Shown: positions 23,263-33,600 of the stretch, piece by piece
Position numbering within the stretch: the stretch's first letter is position 1
How the letters are laid out: each line of letters begins with the position of its first letter
NCBI GenBank assembly: GCA_032718475.1
Contig: JAUCBJ010007917.1
Span: forward strand, 1 to 60,222
DNA: 60,222 bases
Direction: 5' to 3'
Source of the DNA: Nemertoderma westbladi
Taxonomy: Eukaryota > Animalia > Xenacoelomorpha
Notes under the pieces: generated by a model
The model's database searches: none
What the model was told of the DNA's origin: nothing
The model's input: the letters and a program-made list of their open reading frames with translations, nothing else
Program-made: the position numbers and the translations under genes

Positions 23263-25507
23263 TGTAAGGGTCCAGTAGTATACCGCTTACCAGATCCTAG
23301 TAACGATGTATCTTACTATGAGACTCTAGTAATGTATACGGGCTTGTACAGTATCTGACAACAAATCCCAGTCCAGGATATCTAAACAAACAGATACAAT
23401 ACACAAACGACTACTGGCGAGGAACAGAGCCTAGTATCTATTCTATGTACGTGAGCGGGTCTAATGCCTACGTACTAGACAAAAGGATACCTGTCCTCTA
23501 ACCGGTGAGGCAGATGTACAGTTACAGTAACAGACCAAACTCACGGGAAAACAATCCCCGCGCAGCGAATCCTAACTATCACTGACAGTCCTAAATACAG
23601 TAACTTGCCGCGGTGTGATTTATATGGTTTATATACGAACTAGGTGGTTAACAGACCTAGTGTAACAATGCTGATTACCCCTGTCTAAATCAGCCTAAAA
23701 GGTCGTGCCTAAATGTAACGATAACTGATCCCCCTGTACGAAATCAGTCTAAAGGGTCAGGCCTAAATGTAACAATAACTGCTGGACAGAAAACAACAGT
23801 TTAATAACGAAAGTGAAATACTCTCTCTTGCCGCAACTAAATCAGATCCTAATTTTACAAATACAGATAATTTCCACCTAAAGTAATGTATAGTGCGCTA
23901 TAGCTAGTAGAACTTTACGGGCAATATGTTTTAGGGCGTGTGTGTGTGGGTGTGTTACAAATAAAACAATTTCGTGTAATTCCTTTACTAGGTTTTAGTG
24001 ATTTTCTGACTAAATGATACCGTGCGCTAGCTACTAAAATAAACTAGTTGCGTTTGTAGAACTTTATACTCACAAATGACGTCAAAGCTCTCTCCTTCCT
24101 ATCCACAACCCAATGGGCAACCACAGTGTTAGTAACTACACCCGTGAACGGCACTAATACCAGATTCTGGTTGTAAGATAAGAAATAGGGGTTAATTGCT
24201 ACCGTACGTTAGCTGATCTGGTATACTAATTTAATTCTAGAACTTTGTTGCTGCGGTAGTTAGCAGCAATACCTATCAGTACGTGGCAAGGCGCGGTAGA
24301 ATATTAATAAACCTCCCTAGGCCAAGCAGTGTGCCGGTAGCAGAAATACTCCTTGCCTGATCAAATAGCTAACTCCAGACAGGGGGGGTACTAATGTACG
24401 TTCTACAAAGCGAACCGGTACCAAACAGTCAGTGCTACGAATCACTAAATTATGGAACATATGCTGTCCGTACCTAATATGTACTCGCGTACTGACGAAT
24501 GGCAATAGTTCGCACCTTTAGGAAGTACAGGTTAACCCAGGGGTTCGTAGGACTGACAAAGGGGGGGGTGTTTCTGTCTGAATATAATTATTTGATCCTA
24601 AATTTGCGGCGTCCAGTACGGCGTCACGCTTACCCTGATCTATAGGTCTTACGGCGGGCAAGGGCGTCGAACAAAGTCTTACCTTCTCACAAAGTGGGCG
24701 CTGCATGGCAAGTTGAGTATTTCGAAGGGGCAAAGGGGGTGCGCGATCAATCCAATGTGGGCGCTAGCGTGTTGTGGACATCTTTTCCCTGCGTTGCTTA
24801 CTGCCTAACAGTCTAGGCTGCCATCTCCCTGATGTTTGGCTGTCCCGAAGTTGGACCAAAAGAAAACATGTTCAGGAATTTGCAGTATATTTACAGTTTT
24901 ACAAAGGATTTATCAAATAAAGTTTCAACAAGAAACCGAAATAAACTAATAAGTAAGAGGTGATAATAACGTAAGAGGTGATAACCGAAGGCAAACCGGC
25001 CTTTTATACTAAAATATCGCACATGGAAACTAAACAGAATTTTCCACAGCTTCACATTTGAGCAATAAAGTGCTTCGTGCCCTATGATTGGCCCAGCTCA
25101 TCGTTCAACGCAGTCCGGCCCTTACACTAATCTGGGACATGGAATCCTAACAGAATTTTCCACTGCCTCACATTTGAGCAATAAGATAATTTATGCCCTA
25201 TGATTGGCCTGGCTCATCATTCGCTACGTTGTACGCTTCTCATTGGCCTACCAATTAGCACCAAACGAAAATAAATGGCCCCAAAATACAAATTTCCCGA
25301 CCGGGATTCGAACTCGTAACCTATGTAATGTAACCAACGCCTTAACCATCTGACCACTACGCCACGAGAGTACCTAAGGGTTTTATGTGTACAAATATGA
25401 ATAGGCATATTACATTACTGTAACTCAATCAAAATACGTCGGATTTTCGAAAGTTTTTACGTTAAAGTTAAACTACAAATGCTATCTTATAGTGAAATAA
25501 TTCATCA
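23263..25507 (-). repeat. 3' LTR of the family 1 element (2245 bp)
   Basis: Direct repeat of 40468-42364; contains TATAAAA (25002-25008, minus strand) and CCAAT boxes (25087, 25203, 25242). Confidence 0.95.
25294..25363 (-). ncRNA. tRNA-like A/B-box cassette in the 3' LTR
   Basis: GGCGTAGTGGTCAGATGGTTAAGGCGTTGG...ACGAGTTCGAATCCCGGTCGGGAA. Confidence 0.6.
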
Positions 25508-26054
25508 CTGCTCCATGAAAACAGTAAGTAAGACTGTTTTCACCAATCGAAATATAAAATATTTACAAACTACTTCTAAATCTACTGGTGGGGCCTAAAA
25601 TATAAAATATAATCACTATCTAATTATTGCATACTTAATATTGCAGATACGGCGTAAATACAATCGATCGTACATACAAATACAAATTTACGAATTAACT
25701 TTAGTGCCTAAAATACAAAAAAGGCTTTCGGTTATCAAGGTAAGCAAATTAAACAAATCAGAACAAATAAATCGAACAAATAAATCAAAACAAATCAAAC
25801 AAATAAATCAAACTCTTTCGATAAATCTTTATATATTGTAAATATACATAATAAACCTTCACCAAATTAAATCAGTCCAAATATAATATAAACATAATGC
25901 GCTAATAACTTCCAATAATGTCCTCCTGACGATCTAATAGTTCGTCCTGCTGGTCTGGATATCTTCTCCTGAGCACCAATTGCTAACGGTAGGCTCGCAA
26001 GCCTTCCTTTCCATATCTCGCTCCTCCAAACCCAACATTCAAACATAAATGTCC

Positions 26055-26123
26055 AATATAAATATCCAAATAAAATATCCAAATATAATATCCAAATATA
26101 ATATCCAAATATAATATCCAAAT
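26055..26123. repeat. ~13-bp tandem repeat (ataatatccaaat) between two copies of the 20-nt motif in the 3' UTR
   Basis: Visible directly in the sequence. Confidence 0.8.
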
Positions 26124-26157
26124 CGGTAGGCTCGCAAGCCTTCCTTCCACTCGCTTC

Positions 26158-29100
26158 CTATTCCTTCGCTGAGCGGGCTCGTCCACGTCCTCTAGTGCGA
26201 TTGGGGGGTGGTCGAGGTCGAACTGGGCTCGGACTTCGGCGTCGAGTCGTCGGTGGTTCCAAAACGCTAGGAAAGGGGACGACGGGAGTTTCGCACATCC
26301 GTCGTGCGCTTAATCCTCTAAATCCTCGTCCGATTCCAACTGTCGGCTTAACATCGGATCGAGTTTCTACAACGCTAGGAGGAAGTCGAAAAGGTAGGAC
26401 CGTTCCGTCCGTTGACACCTCGCTCTCTGACGTCGTTTGAATCCTAATGGGTTCAGTCAAAGCGTATCCTGTCCCTCCGCGTGGTTCTCTAGCAAGGGAA
26501 ACCGTGCCCCGAGTCATCCGGATTTGTGACTTCAACGTCGTCCTCTCGGCGACATTCACTATCTTCTTAATCTCTTGTCCGGCCTTCTGGGCTTTGAGTA
26601 TACGAAATTGCTGATCATCCTGTGGGTGACGCGTCTTCTCTGCTAACGGCGTGGCCTTGAAGCCAGTCTCACGCAAAACGTCGGTCTCGTCCAGAATGCA
26701 CGAGGTTACGCGTTTGTGATAAAATGCCCTCCGGTATGCCCAAGCTATCGAATGCCAGGCTCCTCGATTCCGCTGTTCAACTCGCAGTTTATCGAATTCT
26801 CCGGCGGTAATCTTGTTCACCACAGTTTGAAAGTTCCAAGTATTCTTGTTGTCAGGGTGCACTTGTAAGAAATAGTCCCGCACAACTTTGAATCCACTGT
26901 CCAACGGCAATATATCCAATACCTCCAACAATTCATCGTACTGAGGCATAGCCGATACATATCCTTCCTTTGACATTATGAGAGGGTTTACGGCCCAAAA
27001 TCCCAAATGTGCTCTCATAGGGAAGCGGCGTCGCTGTGTCGATACATGCTCGTCTGCTAGATCCTCCCAATGGTCGAATAATTGTCGAACGATTTTAACT
27101 GACATGTGCTCATAGGGGACGTCGCTAAGTTGACATTCGGATGCCCTATGGCCCTTAATATTACAATAAGTACACTGCGCCACGATACGCCAGCAAGTGT
27201 AGAAGGTGTGCGAACGTTGATCCCCGCACCAGTTGCATACTAAATCCGGTAGAGATATGTGCTTCGCTCCGCACTTCTTTGCGTGATGGCCAGTTGCTCC
27301 ACATCTGCCACAAATAGTGTTGGCAGGATACCAAACTCGCTCATAGATGAGATCTCCGATGGGGCGAGCGCTACCGTCCACGTGATAATTCTCATCATCC
27401 GGGTCAGTCGGTATGTTCGTCTCCGTAGGTTGTACACAAACCATGGCATCGCTTTTCTCTAACTTGCGTATCTCAGTTCGCGTCTTCCTCGGAAGGTTCT
27501 CCTCTATTTCTATGAGTTGCCGTAACGGTTCGTCTATTAGCGCCAACTCGGTCGGATCCACATCGTCATGATGGGCGGTAGGCTCGCGAGCCTTCCAGGA
27601 TCCTTCCGGGCGTTCGAATTCCGCGTGGCGTTCCCCGTCATAGGGTACTAACGTTAACATCGACGGTCTGTCGACTAGACTTCCCGCGTGAGTGAGATAG
27701 ACGTCCCTGAAAACGCTAAGTCCCGCTCGCGTGAAAACTTCGCAGTGCGCATCGGTGTTATAAAAGGGTTGGAGAAATCGTCGGAATACATCAGTATGCG
27801 TCCTTCCTCCATCGTAAAAGGTATGTCCTTCGCCAAGACATAACGGGTGTCGCTTTAAGGTTCTGGATACTACGTCCGCGATGAAACAAACGTTAACCGA
27901 AGATTCTATCGCTAAATAGTATTGCAAGATTATCCGCGGAGGTGAAGTAATCGCCCAATACACGCAACCTCGCCACTTCAACTGTGACTCGAACTCGTTT
28001 ACGCCGGGGGTATCTCCCTCTCCGTATACGTCCGTGTATTTGTTCCTCTTACTCTCCTTGTAATCCCAACTGAACATTAGATATGAGATATAACCCGTTC
28101 CAGTTTTTAGCGTGTTATACTCCCTAAAGTATCCTTGCTCAATAGCCCAAAGCAACAATGGTCTAGTATCCACGTATGGCGTAGGCAATCGGTCCTCTTC
28201 CGTGGGCATCCCTGCAAAGTCGCTAATGAGGTCATCCCGTACACCGGATCCGATCTTGACGATGCTCTTATCCAACACAACGTCTCGCACGGCCTTTGGC
28301 AACATCCTAGCTTCTATGCTACAAGCCAGGTCCATGGATTTAACTATCCGTTTTATCATCGCATGTCTTTGCGTCGTTCCTTCCGGCATAGGCATCTTCC
28401 TATCACTCCTCTGTCGGCTGAAGACATGTAACACGCCATCTGGTGCTCTAATCTGTATAGTCTTTGAAGTGAGGCTTTGCTGATGGCTTCCTCCTTCATT
28501 ATCGTAAAACATATATCCATTCTCTTTCAGAGATCGGCTAGTCACGTCCCAATCGTCGAGTAAATCGTCGGTAGGGTTCCAAATTCTCCCGATCGAGTTT
28601 TCATCATTGAAACTAATAGGTTTACCGGTCCAATTGGTCGCGATATCGGTGTCGGTCTCAAACGTCCCAACTCCGATCCATAATCGAATCGTTTTCGTCA
28701 GATATCCTCGTAAGATACAAGGTGCGATATCCGTCCCCGCGCGATCCACTTCCTTAAAGTCTGTGATATGTGGAGGCACGTTGCGTACGATTTTTTGAAC
28801 TATTACTTTACGCAACTCGGTTGATTCTAACACATCACCGAAGGTGACCGATGGGAGGAAATCCAGGTTCGAGATGATCTCCGGGTGTTCAACTATAGGG
28901 ATCTCGTAAGTTGTCTCCTTCCGGGTCGGTATACTAATAGGAAAACTAGTTGGTCTCGCAACCGGTACTATCGCTCCAGTAGAATGGGGCTGAGGTTCTC
29001 GCGTCATCTCGACATGAGGTATCTGTAGTCTCTGCGACAAACGCTGAGCAAAGGTGATACTATCGAAGAGCCCGGGTGTCATCTCCTTGGGTTCGGTTTG

Positions 29101-29913
29101 ATCGTGGGATATCCAATAGAATGGTAGGCTCGCGAGCCTTCCGCCGAACTCCTCGATCTCGCCTTTCTCGTACGCCTTGTACGCCCTGTAGAGGCTCAAA
29201 GCTTCCCGTTTCTCTTGTGTCGACTTATTAGACTCGTCCACTACCATGCTGTAGACGTCTGGTTCGACTAATTTAGGTTTGTAAATAACGATCTCACCCG
29301 CGTTCGGTCCACTCATTTTAAATGAATGATACGGATTTGTCAAAGGGTATCCGCCTTCTTGGTAACGTAGACTTTGGTGGTATGAACATCGCGCTAATAT
29401 CGGCTCGGGGTTCTCCGAGTTCAACCGCATAGGAATTGCGTTGTCTTGCTCGCGCATACACGCTCCACATTTATAAAACAGTTTGTATACGGAAAACGCG
29501 TCCTTGGTCTCTGGATCCGCTCCTCGAGCGCGTCTATAAAGATGCATTCCTTCAAATTCGTCTCTAGCTGCAGGTAAGGGTTCGTTTACCGTCAAATATT
29601 GCAGCGTATGATACAATCGGCGTATTTCGGTGTCTGGATCCTCACAAATGTCGCTAGCGTCGCATAACGCATCGTAGGGATATAACGCATTGTATTCCGC
29701 GCGTAATTCCTCCGTTCTTTTATTGTATGCGTCCAACCGCTGTCGCGTAACATTCGGGTCCGCCTTGGATTTAGCGAGCTTGGCCGTACTCCTAGCCATA
29801 CTCTCCACTCCAAACACACTAAAGTTTTTAGCTCCATAACGATTGAATGGCGCCTGGTGCTCTTGTTCTTGCGTAAACCCTTGACGTAACTCTTTATACA
29901 TCTTCTCCGCCAT
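26158..29913 (-). CDS. ORF3, 1251 aa: WRN/EXD-like DEDDy 3'-5' exonuclease-fold domain, three CCHC zinc knuckles and a basic RG-rich tail
   Basis: TIQIRAPDGVLHVF..MLPKAVRDVVLDKSIVKIGSGVRDD..YVDTRPL..YW..QYYLAIES follows the WRN-exonuclease motif order. Knuckles: CGRCGATGHHAKKC, CNWCGDQRSHTFYTC, CTYCNIKGHRASEC. Confidence 0.8.
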   Translation of the reverse strand: MAEKMYKELRQGFTQEQEHQAPFNRYGAKNFSVFGVESMARSTAKLAKSKADPNVTRQRLDAYNKRTEELRAEYNALYPYDALCDASDICEDPDTEIRRLYHTLQYLTVNEPLPAARDEFEGMHLYRRARGADPETKDAFSVYKLFYKCGACMREQDNAIPMRLNSENPEPILARCSYHQSLRYQEGGYPLTNPYHSFKMSGPNAGEIVIYKPKLVEPDVYSMVVDESNKSTQEKREALSLYRAYKAYEKGEIEEFGGRLASLPFYWISHDQTEPKEMTPGLFDSITFAQRLSQRLQIPHVEMTREPQPHSTGAIVPVARPTSFPISIPTRKETTYEIPIVEHPEIISNLDFLPSVTFGDVLESTELRKVIVQKIVRNVPPHITDFKEVDRAGTDIAPCILRGYLTKTIRLWIGVGTFETDTDIATNWTGKPISFNDENSIGRIWNPTDDLLDDWDVTSRSLKENGYMFYDNEGGSHQQSLTSKTIQIRAPDGVLHVFSRQRSDRKMPMPEGTTQRHAMIKRIVKSMDLACSIEARMLPKAVRDVVLDKSIVKIGSGVRDDLISDFAGMPTEEDRLPTPYVDTRPLLLWAIEQGYFREYNTLKTGTGYISYLMFSWDYKESKRNKYTDVYGEGDTPGVNEFESQLKWRGCVYWAITSPPRIILQYYLAIESSVNVCFIADVVSRTLKRHPLCLGEGHTFYDGGRTHTDVFRRFLQPFYNTDAHCEVFTRAGLSVFRDVYLTHAGSLVDRPSMLTLVPYDGERHAEFERPEGSWKAREPTAHHDDVDPTELALIDEPLRQLIEIEENLPRKTRTEIRKLEKSDAMVCVQPTETNIPTDPDDENYHVDGSARPIGDLIYERVWYPANTICGRCGATGHHAKKCGAKHISLPDLVCNWCGDQRSHTFYTCWRIVAQCTYCNIKGHRASECQLSDVPYEHMSVKIVRQLFDHWEDLADEHVSTQRRRFPMRAHLGFWAVNPLIMSKEGYVSAMPQYDELLEVLDILPLDSGFKVVRDYFLQVHPDNKNTWNFQTVVNKITAGEFDKLRVEQRNRGAWHSIAWAYRRAFYHKRVTSCILDETDVLRETGFKATPLAEKTRHPQDDQQFRILKAQKAGQEIKKIVNVAERTTLKSQIRMTRGTVSLAREPRGGTGYALTEPIRIQTTSESEVSTDGTVLPFRLPPSVVETRSDVKPTVGIGRGFRGLSARRMCETPVVPFPSVLEPPTTRRRSPSPVRPRPPPNRTRGRGRARSAKE

Positions 29914-29953
29914 CGTATACGAATATATGCGGTTACATATCGTTACGTTTCTA

Positions 29954-30150
29954 CTAGATGAAGCACAAAATAGAGGTTAGACGTGAGGTGACTTAGAGTT
30001 TGTCGGCCTTTGGCTCAACTCTGCTCTAAACCCCAACCCATTTGCCTAATGACTTCGGGTTCGCGTGATTTCGCACTGGCTCCTAATCCAAAAAATGTGC
30101 CGATAAAAAACGAATTCCGGGTAAACTAGCCGCGAGTCTAAAATACTCAC
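29954..30150 (-). other. Predicted 197-nt intron in the ORF3 5' UTR
   Basis: Donor AAG|GTGAGT at 30150; branch point CTAAC, pyrimidine tract and CTAG| acceptor at 29954. Both signals are conserved in the old copy (~43081-43279). Confidence 0.6.
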
Positions 30151-30646
30151 CTTTTAATTTCCCAAACTACGTTTCCCAAGAAAAATAGTGCAGTCGAGAA
30201 ATAATTGGTCTAAATAATAGTAGACACGACTACGTAGAACAAGGCCGATTTTCTTTTTTCCAAAAAAAATTTATCGGTAGGCTCGCAAGCCTTCCATCCG
30301 CTCTTGTCCTCCCCAATTTTAATTTTATCTAGCTGTATTCTAGAATTTGCTTTCACTGGAGAATCGCTTTTCTTAAATTTAAATCCAAATAAATGGATTT
30401 GTCTAATAAATTTTGAAAATTGTCTCACTTGTGGGTTCCAAGTGGAATTCCATTCCTACTGTACACACAATCCCGCTCCTATGTGATACATAAGGGTACT
30501 ACCCTCCATGTTCACATATAAAGACAATGGAATTCCACCGCTGTCTCTATCTACAGTGAAGAGGATTACAAATGCACGTACAGTAATACAAATACAAATA
30601 ACTAAAATACAGTAGGTCTATGTGGCGGCCAACAAAGGTCCCACAT

Positions 30647-33600
30647 CTATTTACTAATATTGGGTGGAGATTTGTAGTCTCCTGTCTCGTTTCTAGTCTC
30701 CTCAAGGAGTACGAGACGTTGTACAGGCCTATCTACGGTACTTCCGTCGATAGTCTTTACAGTAACTGTCCTCACTACACCAGATGTAGGGTGCGTGGTC
30801 AAAATGACTCCAGTTAGCCAAAACCGTCTTTTCAGATTAGCTTCAGCCAATAAAACATGGTCACCACGTCTTAAACATCGGGTATTTAGATACCAAGAAG
30901 TTCTGGTCGAAATAGAGGGCAAATAATATTTCTGCCATATTTCCCAGAATTTATTTGCAAGCAATTGAGTGATTTTCCAAGCCTTGTTGCTGTATCCGTC
31001 ACTATCAACGGGTACCGAAATGGGCAACAATGTCGTCGGCGCCTGCATAAGCAGGTGCGCTGGTGTCAAGGCAAACTGTACGTCGTTATTGTCTGGGATC
31101 AAAGCGATCGGTCTAGTATTTAAGATTGCTTCGATTTCTATTAGTAACATCGTTAGTTGGTCGTCTGTCAAGATGTGTTGCGTCGGTACGACTTTAGCCA
31201 TAGCTGTCTTTATTGAGCCAATCAGCCTTTCCCAGACGCCGCCTCTCCACGGACTGTCTGGAGTATTGAAAAACCAAACAATACGGTGAGGACGTAGTTC
31301 CTCGGAAATCTGGTTTGTGGTCCAATTTTCTCAAAGCTCTGGTTATTTCGTTCCGTGCACCCACAAAGTTTGTCCCTTGGTCGCAGTATATGGATTTGAC
31401 CAATCCACGTCTAGCGATAAATCGCCGTAAGGCTAGGATAAAGGCATTGGTGGTCAAGTCTGTTACTCGCTCTATATGGACAGCTCTGCTGGCCATGCAA
31501 GTGAAGATCAATCCCCAACGTTTTACCTGTACCCTTCCGCGTTTCGCGATTATGGGTCCAAAACAGTCTATCCCTGTCTCAATGAAAGGGGGTCTAAACG
31601 CCTGTAATCTAGCTAGCGGTAGTTCACTCATTTCTTGGTGTCCTATCCTCGCGTGCACCTTCTTACAAATAATACAGTTCTGTGTTACCGAACTTAGTGC
31701 CTTACTAGGTCTAATCAGTACAAACCTCGAGCGTAAGTGTGATAGACAGTGGTGTCTACCTACGTGTTTGAGTTGTACATGTGCGTCCAGTATCATAGCG
31801 CGCTGTAACTCATGGTGTTGCGGTATGATGATAGGATACCTAAAGTCAAGTGCAAAGTCGATGTTTTGGAGTCTGGACTTGTGACAAAGTAAGCCCCAGT
31901 AAATAATCGGACTCCAACTCAAAATCGGTGAAGACTTAATCTGTTTACCTTGTTTGATCGCTGTGAACTCTCGTGCGAAATATCGCAATTGATAATGTCT
32001 AATGATATCAACTTCACAGTGGTCGATTTCCTTTAAGGTAAGTCTTCTAGGAAAGTCGCGTTTGCCTCTGGCATATTGTCTCAATCGTTTGAGCCATGCT
32101 AACTTGCGGCACGCGTCAGTCCATGATCTAGTTAGGTTCACTATCCTGTCAACGTAAGTGTTGGTGACGTCATCGGGTAAGGTGTAGTCGTAGTGTGGAT
32201 ACTTGTCTGGACTTGGTAGGCCAACGGGCCTTCCGGTAGGTTTGTCTGAGTCCCCAAGTACGTCAATCTCTACGGTCTTACCTTTGCCGTCCGCACCTAA
32301 TGTGTCGACTGGCAGTAATGATTTCAACTCTATAGTGTCAGTGTGTTCCTGTGAGCCTGTAAGCTTCCTAACCTTAGTCACACGTTTACCTGTAGGTAAG
32401 TCAAGTACCTTCTTCGAGCGGAGTGTAATCCCTGTGGCCACACCTTTGTCGTCCAAAGAAGTCAAATTCGGTAAGTCTCTAAAAGTCCGCTCCAATGGGT
32501 CTTCGAATGGAATGTCTAGTAGACAGTCTGGTGAAGCATCTGGTGAACAGTCTGGTGAGACGTCTGGTGAGACATAGCGCGGAACATCCGGCGAAATGTC
32601 CTGTCGTCGGTCCCAAAGTCTGTCTAGCGTAACTTCTGTCAGAAAGTCTGGTTCAAAGTCTGGTGAACAGTCTGTCGAGATGTCTGGTGGAAAGTCTGGT
32701 GAGACGTCCGGTAGACATTCTGTCGAGAGTTCCATCAAACAATCTGGCAAACAATCCGGAGAACAATCTGGTGTCGCTTCTGGTGAATAATCTGGCGAGT
32801 AATCTGGTGAACAATCCGGCGAAACGTCTGGTGAAATCTCCCGCGGAACATCCGGCGAAGGATTCGTACAAGCGTCTGGTCGAGTGTCTGGCGAGACGTC
32901 TGGCGTAATGTCAGGTCTGGCGTCCAGGTCATCAGATTTCGTCCGTCCTTTTTTCCTCTTGACCTTGGCGTTGGCTTTCGCTTTAGACTTGACAACCTTG
33001 TCGAGTTTTATCTTGGCACCCTCTGGTATGGTGTTGGTTGTCGCGTCGAATAACGGTGGCCATTCGTCTGATGGTCGCTGTAGGAAATCGGGTCCTCTAA
33101 ACCAAAAGGATTTATTGTCCGGTTTACAAAAGTCAAGTGGTTGCATCCCCCGTGACGCGATGTCAGCTGGGTTCAGCTTCCCTGGACAGTGACGCCAATC
33201 TTGTTTGAGCGACCGGTCTAATATTTCAGCCTGTCTGTTGGCTACGAAAGTCTTGAACTCAAATGCTTCGTTGTTTATGTACCAAAGTACCAACGTCGCA
33301 TCCGTCCAATATGTGACCTTCAAGTTAGCCTCCAGCTCGCATTTAAATAGACTGACAATATCGGTGGATATCGTCCCGGCTTGCAGCTCCCCACGAGGTA
33401 CAGTCATATACTTCAATGGCATTGTTCTAGCCCTTGAAGTAACGAGAGATACATCGTAGCTGTCCGATGTCACTTGTCGTCTAAGGTACAAAGTAACCCC
33501 CAATCCATCCTTGCTAGCGTCACTAAAGCTGTGAAGCTCTAAATCGGCAGGAAAGGTGGTTTGCAAAGGAAAGTATACCCTTGGTATGGTATAGTCTTGT

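Noticed and set aside
25294-25363. Functional tRNA genes in the LTRs and at ~9000
   Set aside because: Acceptor and anticodon stems do not pair; only the A/B boxes are retained.
26158-29913. ORF3 as an envelope glycoprotein
   Set aside because: No evident signal peptide or C-terminal transmembrane helix; motifs indicate a nucleic-acid-binding protein.
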